A stretch of DNA of 64,000 nt from an uncultured delta proteobacterium (GCA_963839305.1 CAWIUL010000011.1:2569561-2633560), one strand, 5' to 3'; positions 31,463-41,624 are shown, counted from the first letter of the stretch. Translations and numbers: made by a program. The notes: generated by a model not told the origin, from the sequence alone.

Positions 31463-32795
31463 TCACAAATTTCCGACGGTCGCCCACCACGTGCGGGTGA
31501 CGCCGTTCGACGTGGCGTCGATCGCGAAGGGCTCTAGACCGATCTGTTGGTTCGTGCCGATGCGCGTGACGGTGACCTTGATGACGTCGCCGACGTTGCC
31601 CTGCTTCGGCGTGACGTTGAAGTTCAGCTCGGGCTTGCCGCCCATGAACATCGCGCCGTCCTTCACGTCGACGAGGATCGGCGCCGTCCACGGCGCGTCC
31701 GAGATGAGCTGAACGTCGATCGTCTTTTGTGTGTTCAGTGCGAGCGAGATGCCGGGCGTCGTCTGCGGCGCCGAGGCCGATGTCGTAGGTGATCGTGTCG
31801 GGCAGCACGGGCGCGCCGACGACGTACGTGGTCGACGTCGGCTGACATGGGTCGTGCCCGGCCCACGCCATGTGGTTCACCCATTGGTGCTGCACGGCGA
31901 ACGGGTAGTCGCTGGGCGAGTAGAACGCGTCGTGATTGAACTCGCACAGGTCGCCGATCTCGCCGCCGCCCGCGAGCGCCCACGCGATGCCGCTCGCTTC
32001 CGGCAGCTGGTAGGCGGGGTACGTGAACGGGAACGGATCGGTGACCGCCTCGACGAGCTCGTGGCTCGTGGTCGCGGTGAGCTCGTCGATGCCGGCCATC
32101 TGACCGAAGCCGCCGCACCGCGGGATGACTGCGTACGCGACGCTGAGGTTCGCGGTCATCGCGAACTCGTTGTGATAGCCGCCGAACGATTGACAGCTCG
32201 TGCTGCCCTGGAGCGTGATGTCCGTCCCGTCGGGATAGAAGATCACGTAGAGCGTGTTGGCCGTCGGATACGGAAGATCCTTCGACACGATCTTGGAGCG
32301 GATGAACGTCGAGATCTGCGCGTCGTCGATCTGCGCGGGCGCTTGGGTCGAGAGGTGCCCGACGCCGACCGTGTATGCGTCGTTGACGCCGTAGTCGCGC
32401 ACGATCGATTCCCAGTACGCCGTGCAACCAACGGAGCCGACGAAGTCCTCGATCGGATCGCGCATGTCGTCACCGTCGAACGTGATCGGGACGAACACGG
32501 GGTTCGCGAGGATCGATCCGCCGGAGCTCGCCGCGAGCGGCGGGTGAATCGGCGCGCCCGCGTCGTTCGGAGTCCACGGCGTCGGCGCGGGGCCCGTCGG
32601 CGCGCCGCACTTCTTCCCGAGCGGCACGTAACCCGCTTCGACCACGTCGGGCGCCGCGTCCTTCTTCGGCTTCGCGTCCGTCGACGCGTCGAGCGCGCCG
32701 CCGTCGTCTCCAGGTGCCTCCGTGAGATCCGTTCGACCACCACACGCAACGATCGCCACACACACCGATACTGCCCAAGCCAAGCGCCAGCCCAT
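31463..32795 (-). CDS. Secreted lipoprotein, hypothetical; apparent frameshift near 31766 (possible pseudogene or sequence error)
   Basis: Lipobox VAIVACGG after MGWRLAWAVSV. A protein-like sequence runs to ...TITYDIGLGAA in one frame, then continues as ...TPGISLALNTQKTIDVQLISDAPW...ATVGNL* in another frame. The original frame degenerates into Arg-rich junk. Confidence 0.5.
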
Positions 32796-32858
32796 GGCGC
32801 GCAATCTTGCATTTCGCGATCGGCGTCGCAACGCCGCTGGTATGTTTGCGGGCCCTCC

Positions 32859-35825
32859 GTGCGTCGCATCGCAATCATTGCGCTCTTCATTCTCGCCGTG
32901 TTGCCATTTTCCGCTCCGGCGAGCGCAGCGAGCGACCCGGGGCTCTTGTGGGAGTCGCTCGAGACCGAGCACTTTCGGATCTCGTTCTACTCGGGCGAGT
33001 ACGAGATCGCCGTGCGCGTCGCGGATCTCGCGGAGTCGATCCTCGCGCGCCTCGCGCCTGCAGTCGGCTGGCCGCCGAGCGAGCTCGTCGAGATCTCGCT
33101 GAGCGACATCACCGACTCCGCGAACGCGTTCGCGGGCGCGCTCCCGTACGACAAGATCCGAATGTTCGTCACGGCGCCCGACGATCTCTCGCCGCTCGGC
33201 GACGTCGACGACTGGTACCTCGAGCTCATCACGCACGAGTTCACGCACGTCCTCCACACCGATCACATCCGCGGCATTCCGTCGATCGTGAACGCGGTGC
33301 TCGGCAAGACGCTCGCGCCGAACCAGGTTCAGCCGCGCTGGATCCTCGAGGGCCTCGCGGTCTTCGAGGAGACGAGCAAGACGAGCGGCGGCCGCCTGCG
33401 CTCCTCGCTCTGGAACATGTTCATGCGCGCCGACGTGCTCGAGGACAACGTCGCGCAGCTCGACGAGATCTCGAACGACGTGCGCCGCTGGCCGCAGGGC
33501 AACCTCTGGTACCTCTACGGCTCGTTCTTCATGCAGTGGATCGCCGAGACGTACGGCGAGCAAGCGATCCGCTTGATGATCGACGACTACGGTCACCAGC
33601 TGATCCCGTACGGCATCAACCGCTCGATCCGCCGGGCGACGGGCCGCACGTACGAAGACATGTACCCGGCGTTCATCGACACGCTGAGGCGCGAGTCGCA
33701 GGCGCTCGTCGCGAAGATCGACGCGCGCGGCCGACGCGAGGGCACGCGCCTCACGCTCGGCGGACAAACCGCGTACGGCGCGCGATTCATCCCGAAGAAC
33801 GCGTGGCCCGGCGCGGAGGGCGACATCGTCTATTACCGAGACGACGCGCACGAGACGCAGGGCATCTACCACGCGCCGCTGCGTCGCGATCGCGCGGGCA
33901 AGATCGTTCCGACGAAGGAGCACGAGCTCGTCGCGCGCACGCTCGGCGGTGGCAACACTTCGTTCTTGCCGGACGGCAGCGTCGTGTTCGACTCGATCGA
34001 GACGTACAACAACCTCTATGGCTTCTTCGATCTCTTCTGGCTGCCACGCGGCGCGAAGAGCGCGTCGGGCCTCGAAGGGAGCCGCGTCCGATTGACCGAG
34101 GGCTACCGCGCCTACGAGCCCGACGTGTCACCCGACGGAAAGCGCGTCGTCTTCGCGACGAACCACCGCGGGACGAGCTACCTGCAGATGGCGGAGCTCG
34201 ACCTCCACGCGGGCACGACGAAGAACCTCCGCACGCTCGTGCCGAGCAGCGAGTACGACCAGGCCTACGGCCCGCGCTGGTCGCCCGACAACCGCCACGT
34301 CGCGTACAGCTCGTGGTCGAAGGGCGGCTTCCGCGACGTGCGCATCGTCGACACGTTCGACGGCTCGTACGTCGAGGTCACGCATGATCGCGCGATCGAC
34401 GGCGGCCCGACGTTCTCGCCCGACGGAAGGCGCCTCTACTTCCACTCGGATCGCACGGGCGTGATGAACGTGTACGTCTACGACCTCGAGACGAAGGCGC
34501 TCAAGCAGGTCACCAACGTCGTCAACGGCGCGATGCAGCCGGCGATCTCGCCGGACGAGAAGACGCTCGTCTACCTCGGCTACACGCACGAGGGTTACGA
34601 CCTCTTCGCGATGGATCTCGATCCGTCGAAGTACCTCGACGCAGAGCCCTACGTCGACGATCGCCCGCCCGCGCCGCCGCAACCGATACACCGCGCGATG
34701 AAGCGCAAGGCCTACAACGCGCTCAACACGCTCGCGCCGCGCCACTGGCTCGTGTCGACGGGGCCGGGTGACTTCGGACAGACCTTCACGTTCAGCGCGA
34801 CCGGCGGCGACATCGCGGGGCTCCACTCGCTCAGCGCCGCGGTCTCGTTCGAGACCAACCAACCCGACCCGCAGTTCAACTTCAACTACACCTACGGCCG
34901 GCTCCCGTTCGACCTCTCGCTCAACTTCTATCGGAACATCGCGCCCGGAGCGACGTACACGCTCGGGAAGAACAGCGTGAACTGGGTCCAGAGCGCGATC
35001 GGCGGCGCGGCGCAGATCAACTACTCGATCCCTCGTGCGTTCGAAACGCACAGCTTCTCGATCGCCTACAGCGCAGCCGGCTTGTCGGGCGACACCACGC
35101 TCGCGCAGCAGCCGCTCAATCCTTACGACACGCCGCACCTGCCGACGATGCCGCTCGCGGCGCTCGCGAGCGTGACCTGGTCGTACTCGAACGCGCAGAG
35201 CTTCTTGTGGAGCGTCAGCGCCGAGAAGGGCTTCAGCGTGTCGACGGGGCTCGACATCAGCCACCCCGTGATCGGGAGCGACTACCGCGGGTTTCGCGCG
35301 CGCGCCGATTTCGAGACGTACGTCGCGAACCCGTGGATCCGTCATCACGTGCTCGCCCTCCACGCGGGCGGCGGCCTCATGGGCGGCGCTTTCCCCGGCG
35401 GCCCGTTCTACGTCGGAGGCTTCGTCGACATCACCCCGCAGGATCAGATCCAGAACGCCATCACGACCGGCAGCTTCCTCTACCAGAGCGGCATCGTCCT
35501 TCGCGGCTACCCTGTCGCCGTGCAGACGGGCGCGTACTACGCGCTCATGAACGCCGAGTACCGCTTCCCCATCGTGAACATCGACCGCGGGCTCTCGACC
35601 GTGCCGCTCATGCTCAATCGCATCAGCGGCAACGTCTTCTACGACCTCGGTAGCGCGTTCGACGATCCACGAACGACGACGTTCCTCAGCGCCGTCGGCG
35701 CAGAGCTCTGGGTGGACACGACGATCGGCTATTTCGCGTCGTTCAATTTCCGCGTCGGCTACGCGCGCGGCCTCTCCACGGGCGGCATCGACAAGGTCTA
35801 CTTCGTCGCCGCCATACCGTACTAA
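32859..35825 (+). CDS. Large secreted fusion: HExxH zinc-metallopeptidase-like domain + TolB-like beta-propeller + C-terminal beta-barrel-like domain
   Basis: GTG start with signal peptide (M)RRIAIIALFILAVLPFSAPASAA. HEFTHVLH with downstream EGLAVFEE. TolB-type blades (SPDGKRVVFATN, SPDNRHVAYSS, SPDGRRLYFHSDR, SPDEKTLVYLGY). The last 350 aa are aromatic/Gly-rich with alternating pattern. The upstream part of ORF 31731..35825 is spurious. Confidence 0.7.
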   Translation: MRRIAIIALFILAVLPFSAPASAASDPGLLWESLETEHFRISFYSGEYEIAVRVADLAESILARLAPAVGWPPSELVEISLSDITDSANAFAGALPYDKIRMFVTAPDDLSPLGDVDDWYLELITHEFTHVLHTDHIRGIPSIVNAVLGKTLAPNQVQPRWILEGLAVFEETSKTSGGRLRSSLWNMFMRADVLEDNVAQLDEISNDVRRWPQGNLWYLYGSFFMQWIAETYGEQAIRLMIDDYGHQLIPYGINRSIRRATGRTYEDMYPAFIDTLRRESQALVAKIDARGRREGTRLTLGGQTAYGARFIPKNAWPGAEGDIVYYRDDAHETQGIYHAPLRRDRAGKIVPTKEHELVARTLGGGNTSFLPDGSVVFDSIETYNNLYGFFDLFWLPRGAKSASGLEGSRVRLTEGYRAYEPDVSPDGKRVVFATNHRGTSYLQMAELDLHAGTTKNLRTLVPSSEYDQAYGPRWSPDNRHVAYSSWSKGGFRDVRIVDTFDGSYVEVTHDRAIDGGPTFSPDGRRLYFHSDRTGVMNVYVYDLETKALKQVTNVVNGAMQPAISPDEKTLVYLGYTHEGYDLFAMDLDPSKYLDAEPYVDDRPPAPPQPIHRAMKRKAYNALNTLAPRHWLVSTGPGDFGQTFTFSATGGDIAGLHSLSAAVSFETNQPDPQFNFNYTYGRLPFDLSLNFYRNIAPGATYTLGKNSVNWVQSAIGGAAQINYSIPRAFETHSFSIAYSAAGLSGDTTLAQQPLNPYDTPHLPTMPLAALASVTWSYSNAQSFLWSVSAEKGFSVSTGLDISHPVIGSDYRGFRARADFETYVANPWIRHHVLALHAGGGLMGGAFPGGPFYVGGFVDITPQDQIQNAITTGSFLYQSGIVLRGYPVAVQTGAYYALMNAEYRFPIVNIDRGLSTVPLMLNRISGNVFYDLGSAFDDPRTTTFLSAVGAELWVDTTIGYFASFNFRVGYARGLSTGGIDKVYFVAAIPY

Positions 35826-35869
35826 GCCGAAAATTGGGCCCATCGGAGCGCGCTGCGTACCTTGCGCTC

Positions 35870-36349
35870 ATGCGCACGCTCACCCTCGTCTTGCCGCTCG
35901 TCGCGCTCGCTGCCTGCATGATGCCGCCGCAGGGCGCCGCGCTCGTCCAACAGACCGCGCAAGCGTTCAACTTCGACACGCGCTTCGGTCGCATGGAGCT
36001 CGCCGTCGAACAGGTGAGCCCGAAATACCAAGAAGAGTTCGCGAAGAAGCACCGCGCTTGGGGCAGCGCGATTCACGTCACCGACGCCGAGACCGTCGGC
36101 ATGCGGATGCGCGGCCAGGAGAACAGCGACGTCACGGTGCGCGTGGCCTGGTACCGCGCCGAAGAGGGCGAGCTGAAGACCACCGTCGTGAAGCAGAAGT
36201 GGCACCTCTTCCCCGCGGGCTGGCGCCTCGAGGGCGAGGAGCGGCTCGACGGCGACATCGGCGCGCTCGGCGAGCACGTCGAGGTCGTCTCGCCCGAGAC
36301 CGTCGCGCACACTGCGCAATTTCCGACGGTTCGCCTCGGCGCGGACTGA
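35870..36349 (+). CDS. Hypothetical lipoprotein
   Basis: MRTLTLVLPLVALAAC lipobox; 159 aa. Confidence 0.6.
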   Translation: MRTLTLVLPLVALAACMMPPQGAALVQQTAQAFNFDTRFGRMELAVEQVSPKYQEEFAKKHRAWGSAIHVTDAETVGMRMRGQENSDVTVRVAWYRAEEGELKTTVVKQKWHLFPAGWRLEGEERLDGDIGALGEHVEVVSPETVAHTAQFPTVRLGAD

Positions 36350-36351
36350 AC

Positions 36352-36489
36352 TTACTTCTTCTTCGAAGCCTTCGAGGGGTTGCGCGCTTTGCCGCGCACT
36401 TCCGCTTGGCGCTTCAGGCGGGCCTTCTTCTTCACTTGGCCCTTGCGCTGCTTCATCTTGTTCGAGTTGCGACGATCGCGTTTACCCAT
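36352..36489 (-). CDS. Small (45 aa) highly basic Lys/Arg-rich protein
   Basis: Not in the ORF track (<60 aa). Reverse translation gives MGKRDRRNSNKMKQRKGQVKKKARLKRQAEVRGKARNPSKASKKK*. The AAG/AAA-rich composition is strongly atypical for random 70%-GC sequence, which argues for selection. Confidence 0.55.
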   Translation of the reverse strand: MGKRDRRNSNKMKQRKGQVKKKARLKRQAEVRGKARNPSKASKKK

Positions 36490-36537
36490 GCGGCCGGCTT
36501 ATAACACAGCGCCGGAGCAGGTAACCCTCGCGATGAA

Positions 36538-36825
36538 TCAGCCAGCGCTCTCGGCGGCGGTCTCTTCGCGATTTCGAACTTCGAGACGGTAGCGGCTGTT
36601 GATCGTCTCGATGTAGAAGACCTCGCGACCCGCCAGACGAAGCACGCGCTTCACCGGCGTCGTCACGTACTCGTGCATGCCGTCCGGAAACTCGATCACG
36701 ACGACCGATCCCTTGCGCGGTGCTCGCACCAGTCGCCCTGCGACTGCGCGCGATCCCTTACCGAGCTTTCGGAGGACGACGTCCACGACAAGGATCAATC
36801 TAGCATCGACACTCTTCTCGTCCAT
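36538..36825 (-). CDS. Hypothetical small protein (95 aa)
   Basis: MDEKSVDARLILVVDVVLRKLGKGSRAVAGRLVRAPRKGSVVVIEFPDGMHEYVTTPVKRVLRLAGREVFYIETINSRYRLEVRNRE. Non-junk composition. The upstream part of the ORF would overlap tdk and is rejected. Confidence 0.45.
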   Translation of the reverse strand: MDEKSVDARLILVVDVVLRKLGKGSRAVAGRLVRAPRKGSVVVIEFPDGMHEYVTTPVKRVLRLAGREVFYIETINSRYRLEVRNREETAAESAG

Positions 36826-36894
36826 AGGTGCAAAATGCCCACGAACACAAAGCGGTGACGAAATGTGGGACGGGAGCAAAGGTACAGTATTCGC

Positions 36895-37470
36895 ATGATG
36901 GGTGAGCACAGGCGTGGGGGCTGCATCGAGGTCGTCTGCGGCTCGATGTTCAGCGGCAAGACCGAGGAGCTTCTCCGGCGGGTCAAACGGGCGCGTTTCG
37001 CGCGGCTTCCCACGGTGGTTTTCAAGCCTCGCGTGGACGATCGCTACGACGAAGTGAAGGTCGTGACACACGAGGGAATTTCGACCGAGGCGGTGCCCAT
37101 CGCGAGCTCGAGCGAGATGCTCGCGCTCGTCGGACCGAACGTGGCGATCGTGGGGGTCGACGAGGTGCAGTTCTTCGACGACGGTGTGGTCGATGTATGC
37201 GAGGAGCTCGCCAACCGAGGCGTCCGCGTGATTTGCGCCGGCCTCGACCAGGATTACCGAGGAATGCCGTTCGGTCCGATGCCGCGCCTTCTGGCGGTCG
37301 CGGAATACGTGACGAAGCTGCACGCCGTGTGCGTGCGCTGCGGGGCCGAGGCCTCGCGCTCGCAGCGGCTCGTCGCGATGGAAGGTCAGCTCTTCGTCGG
37401 CGGCGCGGCGGCGTACGAAGCGCGCTGCAGGCGGTGCTTCGTGGCCAAAGCCGTCGACGTCAACGACTAG
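36895..37470 (+). CDS. tdk: Thymidine kinase
   Basis: VVCGSMFSGKTEELLRR (P-loop), DEVQFFD, and the C-terminal zinc ribbon CVRCG...CRRC. Confidence 0.9.
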   Translation: MMGEHRRGGCIEVVCGSMFSGKTEELLRRVKRARFARLPTVVFKPRVDDRYDEVKVVTHEGISTEAVPIASSSEMLALVGPNVAIVGVDEVQFFDDGVVDVCEELANRGVRVICAGLDQDYRGMPFGPMPRLLAVAEYVTKLHAVCVRCGAEASRSQRLVAMEGQLFVGGAAAYEARCRRCFVAKAVDVND

Positions 37471-38776
37471 CGACCCGGTCCTTTTCTTCGTGGAAGTACT
37501 CGCGCAGCATCTCGCGCGCGACGACGTTCGCCTTCACGTGCCACTTCGGGCGATTCACGACGAGCACCGCGATGGCGACGCGCTTCTCTCCGGGCTTGGC
37601 GTGGCTCGGCGCGAAGCCGGTGAACCACGTATAGAGGCGCGGCTCTCCTCCAGCTGCGTCTCCGCTGAGGGTTCCGGTCTTTCCGGCGACCGTCACGGGG
37701 ACGAACGGCGTGCGGCGCGCGTCGTGGAACGCGCGATAGCTCGTGCCCTCGCTGATCGTGTGCTCCATCATCGTCGTGAGCGCTTGCGCGGCCGCTTCGG
37801 TCACCGCGCGGTGGCTCTCGGCCTTCGCGGGCGCTTCGTACTCGACGCGGCCCGTGTCGCTCGTGATGCGCGCGACGATGTGCGGGCGAATCATGTCGCC
37901 GTCACGCGCGATCGTCGCGCTGATGGTCGCGGCGTGGATCGGCGAGAGCGTCGTGTTCCAGAAGCCCGCCGCGGTGCGCGCGAAGCCGAGTGGCTCCTCG
38001 GGAACCTCGAGCTTGCTCGTCTGCACGGGCACATCGAACGCGAGCGGCACGCCGTAACCGAGCGCGTGCGCCGCGTTCTCGAGCGAGGCCTTGTCGAGCT
38101 TGTCGTGCGCGAGGCGCGCGAAGACGGCGTTCTCGCTCTTGCCCATCGCGGTCGCGAGCGACATGCACCACTTGTCGCGCAGCGGATCGTTCACGAGGTC
38201 CGACGCGAGCACCCGCTGCTCCGCGGAGCGCGGAAAGCACTCGCGCGTCTGCGCCGTCGCGCCGTCCTTTTCGACGAGCGCCGAGGCCGTGATGATCTTG
38301 AAGACGCTCGCCGAAGGCGCCGTGGCCTCGACGGCGAGATCGCGACCGTGGTCGCCGGAGCGGCTCGCGTACGCCAAGATCGCGCCCGTGTCCGGGTCCA
38401 TCATCACGATGGACGCCTCCGGGAGCTTGTGTTGCTTCATCAGCGCGACGGCGGCCTTCTGGAGGCGCGCGTCGAGGGTCAGGTGCGCGACGCGCTTGTT
38501 CGCGAGGGGCGCGGTCGCCTCGGTCGCGTCGACCGTGATGTGCGCGAGATCGAGCCCGGCGAATGGGGGCGCGAGCAGCGGCGGAGTCTGCGCGAGCGGG
38601 GCTAGACGCATCGCGAGCGGATCGGGCTCGGCGTCGGCGTTCGGCGCGTTCGGCGCGGCGTGGGCCTTGGCGACGCCGCCCGGGCCCGCGAGCCGCAGCG
38701 CCGCGACGCTGCCGACGACCAGCGCGAAAGCGCCGAGCGCCACCGCAGCCGATCGCAACGTGAGTGCCGTGCTCAT
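37460..38776 (-). CDS. Penicillin-binding transpeptidase-domain protein (PBP/beta-lactamase fold), membrane-anchored
   Basis: N-terminal TM anchor. Active-site motifs SVFK (SxxK), SEN (SxN) and KTGT (KTG). Confidence 0.75.
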   Translation of the reverse strand: MSTALTLRSAAVALGAFALVVGSVAALRLAGPGGVAKAHAAPNAPNADAEPDPLAMRLAPLAQTPPLLAPPFAGLDLAHITVDATEATAPLANKRVAHLTLDARLQKAAVALMKQHKLPEASIVMMDPDTGAILAYASRSGDHGRDLAVEATAPSASVFKIITASALVEKDGATAQTRECFPRSAEQRVLASDLVNDPLRDKWCMSLATAMGKSENAVFARLAHDKLDKASLENAAHALGYGVPLAFDVPVQTSKLEVPEEPLGFARTAAGFWNTTLSPIHAATISATIARDGDMIRPHIVARITSDTGRVEYEAPAKAESHRAVTEAAAQALTTMMEHTISEGTSYRAFHDARRTPFVPVTVAGKTGTLSGDAAGGEPRLYTWFTGFAPSHAKPGEKRVAIAVLVVNRPKWHVKANVVAREMLREYFHEEKDRVASR

Positions 38777-38855
38777 CCATCATCGTCTGTCACAACCTCG
38801 CGTTTGGGGGCAAAGAAACGGCGGTGCGCGCGACGCGGCGCTATGCTCCGGCGCC

Positions 38856-41252
38856 ATGAAGCACGTGGCTTTTTCAGCCGTTTTCTTCGCGACCTTCGCG
38901 GTGACCGCGAGCGCGCGAGCCGACGGATCAGCGGCCGCCGGCGGAGGCCTGCAGGCCGTCACGGCGCGCGTCGAAGGCGGCAAGCTCCGCTGGGGCACGT
39001 GCGCGTCCGCCCCGTGCGCGCTCACCGACGAGCAAGCGATCCCCGTGCACGACGTCGACGACAAGAACGTCTCGTTGAAGTCCGTCGAGATGGCCAGCGG
39101 TCGACATCTCCTTTGGGTGCACGTGCCCACGCGCGGCGCCGCGTCGTGGGACGCGGTGCTCGCGGGTCGAGCGGGCGCGCTCGTCTACGCCGATCAGACC
39201 GGGAAGATCCACGGACAGCCCGGGAGCATGTCGGGCACCGCGCTCAAGATCGTCCCCGATGGCTCGGGCCACAGCTACGTCGCGCGCGGATCGGTGAGCG
39301 AAGACTTCACGATTTGCGATCGCGAGGCGCTCGCGAGCGCGGAGGTCCTCGAGCCGCAGTCGCTCGAGTGGCGAGGCGCGAGCTTCCAGCAGCTCGATCC
39401 GGCCGAGATCGCGAAGGCTACGCCCGTCGCGGCCTCCGCGCGCCAAGGCGCCGCGGACAAACCGCTCGCGCCGCTCCTCGCCGCGCGCTTCTCGAGCTCG
39501 GGCGCGCACCCGAGCGCGCTCGCCGACGGCGACGTTTCGACCGTGTGGAGCGAGGGCGCGGCCGGCAGCGGTCACGGCCAGTTCGTCGTGTTCGGCGCGC
39601 CGGGCGAGGTCGCCATCTCGAAGCTCTCGATCACCGTCGCGCCGCCCACGCCCGCGCCGAACGGGGCCGCGCCGAGCCACTTCTTCCTCGCGACGCGCGA
39701 CCAGCTCTTCGCCGTGACGATGCCCGAGGACGCGTGGACGCACCCCGGGCGCGCGTACGACGTCGCGCTTCCGCAGCCGATCAAGAGCTCGTGCGTCGCG
39801 CTCGTCCTCGACGATGCGTACGCGACGACGAAATCGCCCGACGTGTCGATCGCCGAGGTCTCCGCGTACAGCGAGCTCGACGGTGAAGGCGCGACGCTCG
39901 AGAAGGTCGCGCTCGATCTCGGCGCCGGCGGACGCCGCGCGCCGATCGCCGAGGCCATCTTGAAGCGCGCGGGCAACGCGTCGCTCGCGCCCATCACGGC
40001 CGCGTGGCCGAAGCTCGACGTGGTCGGTCACGCGCGCGCGATCGACGCGGCCGAGGGCGCGCCGTGCGGCGCCGCGGCGACGCGCGTCTTCCTCGACGGT
40101 TTGTGCGAGAGCGACGCGAACATCCAACGCAAGGCCAAGCACGCGCTCGCGGTGTGCAAGCAGTCGTCCGAGATCGTCGCGGCCGTGCAGTCGATCGCGC
40201 TGCCGATGTGCAAGGACGTCCCGATGTACGTCGCGATGCTCGGCAAGCAGGGCGCTCTCCCGAAGCTCTCGGAGTGGATGTCGGCGAGCGACGGCGAGAT
40301 GCGCTCCACGGTGCGCCACGCGTTCGCGAGCGCGGCGCAAGAGGCCACGCCGCAGATGCTCGTCGCGATGCTCAACGACGCTCAGAAGACGCCGCTCGTT
40401 CGCCTCGAGATGCTCCGCGCGATGGGTCCCCGGGTGAAGGAGATCCAAGCCGACGCGAGCAAGGCGCTCGACGCGCTCCTCGGCCCGAACGCGGACATGC
40501 CGACGCGCTATCTCTCGCTCGAGCCGCTCGGCGAGCTCGCGAAGGCGGGCGATCGCGCCTCGGCGACGCGCGTCGGAAACATGCTCGCGCACGATCCGGA
40601 TTGGCCCGTTCGCGCGCGCGCCGCGGAGCTCGCGCGGGACTTGCCCGCGGTGCAATCGGAGCTCGTCTCCGCGATCGACGACGCCGAGCCTCGCGTCCGA
40701 CAATCCGCGCTCGAGGTCATCGCGGCGCTGCGCGTCTCGCCGGCCGCGGTGCTCGTCGAGAAGCACCTCGAGTCCGACCCGTGGACGTTCGTCCGCGTCT
40801 CGGCGGCGCGCGCGCTCGGCGCGATGCCCGCCGCGCGCGATCTCGACAAGGCGCTCGCGACCGCGCTCGGCGCCGATCAGTCGCCCCAGGCGCGGAGCGC
40901 CATCATCGACGCGCTCGCGGCGCACCAAGCACGCGCTTACGCGTCGGCCGTGCGCGCGCGGCTCGACGACGAGCAGGAGCTCCCGGTCGTGCGCACGGCC
41001 GCCGCGCGCGCGCTCGGCGCGATGTGCGATCCCGCGCAGCTCGAGCGCCTCACGGAGCTCGCGCGCTCCGCCGGCGACCCGATGGCGGGCGGCGAAGACC
41101 TCACGCTCGGCCTCGCCGCCATCTCCGCGCTCGGCGACGTTCACCCCGCCGATCTCGCGAGCCGCCTCGCCAAGCTCCGCGACAAGAGCGTGCGCGACGC
41201 GGTCCGCGCCGCCGCCGAGCACGCCATCGCAGCGCCCGCCAAGTGCCACTGA
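38856..41252 (+). CDS. Secreted HEAT/PBS-lyase-repeat protein
   Basis: Signal peptide MKHVAFSAVFFATFAVTASARA. The C-terminal half carries repeated HEAT-like units (DPDWPVRARAAELA, AEPRVRQSALEVIAAL, DPWTFVRVSAARALGAM, ELPVVRTAAARALGAM). Only the C-terminal 800 aa of ORF 38091..41252 are real. Confidence 0.7.
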   Translation: MKHVAFSAVFFATFAVTASARADGSAAAGGGLQAVTARVEGGKLRWGTCASAPCALTDEQAIPVHDVDDKNVSLKSVEMASGRHLLWVHVPTRGAASWDAVLAGRAGALVYADQTGKIHGQPGSMSGTALKIVPDGSGHSYVARGSVSEDFTICDREALASAEVLEPQSLEWRGASFQQLDPAEIAKATPVAASARQGAADKPLAPLLAARFSSSGAHPSALADGDVSTVWSEGAAGSGHGQFVVFGAPGEVAISKLSITVAPPTPAPNGAAPSHFFLATRDQLFAVTMPEDAWTHPGRAYDVALPQPIKSSCVALVLDDAYATTKSPDVSIAEVSAYSELDGEGATLEKVALDLGAGGRRAPIAEAILKRAGNASLAPITAAWPKLDVVGHARAIDAAEGAPCGAAATRVFLDGLCESDANIQRKAKHALAVCKQSSEIVAAVQSIALPMCKDVPMYVAMLGKQGALPKLSEWMSASDGEMRSTVRHAFASAAQEATPQMLVAMLNDAQKTPLVRLEMLRAMGPRVKEIQADASKALDALLGPNADMPTRYLSLEPLGELAKAGDRASATRVGNMLAHDPDWPVRARAAELARDLPAVQSELVSAIDDAEPRVRQSALEVIAALRVSPAAVLVEKHLESDPWTFVRVSAARALGAMPAARDLDKALATALGADQSPQARSAIIDALAAHQARAYASAVRARLDDEQELPVVRTAAARALGAMCDPAQLERLTELARSAGDPMAGGEDLTLGLAAISALGDVHPADLASRLAKLRDKSVRDAVRAAAEHAIAAPAKCH

Positions 41253-41255
41253 TTC

Positions 41256-41624
41256 ATGCAGGTTGCACGCATTTCACCGCAGGAAGCCGCCGCGAAGCTC
41301 GCCGAGGGTTGGGTCTACGTCGACGTGCGCGAGGAGATCGATTTCGAGGCAGGCCGCCCGCGCGGCGCGGTGAACGTGCCGTACTCGCGCAACGAGGAGC
41401 GCTTCGTCGCTGCGGTTCGCGCCGCGACCGACGCGCGCCGCGTGGTGCTCGGGTGCAAGTCGGGCATCGTCTCCGTGCACGCGGCCGAGATGCTCGCGCG
41501 CGCGGGGTTCGAGGTGCTCGAGCAGCGCGCGGGCTTCGACGGCGCGCGCGGCACGTTCGGCCAGCTCGAGGAGCCGGGGTGGGAGCGCCTGGGCCTTCCG
41601 ACGGACCGCGACCCGGACGATTGA
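41256..41624 (+). CDS. Rhodanese-domain sulfurtransferase (single domain)
   Basis: 122 aa with active-site loop CKSGIVS. Starts 4 nt after the upstream stop. Confidence 0.75.
   Translation: MQVARISPQEAAAKLAEGWVYVDVREEIDFEAGRPRGAVNVPYSRNEERFVAAVRAATDARRVVLGCKSGIVSVHAAEMLARAGFEVLEQRAGFDGARGTFGQLEEPGWERLGLPTDRDPDD

Noticed and set aside
25874-31537. ORFs 25874..27364 (-), 28004..29953 (-), 29820..31337 (-) and 29954..31537 (+)
   Set aside because: They overlap the lipoprotein, APC permease and SpeE-like genes. No motifs and biased R/E/D/H composition.
31458-33923. Upstream 375 aa of ORF 31458..33923 (-), and ORF 32807..34387 (+)
   Set aside because: The real lipoprotein starts at MGWRL (32795). 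Further upstream the frame is junk antisense to the metallopeptidase fusion gene.
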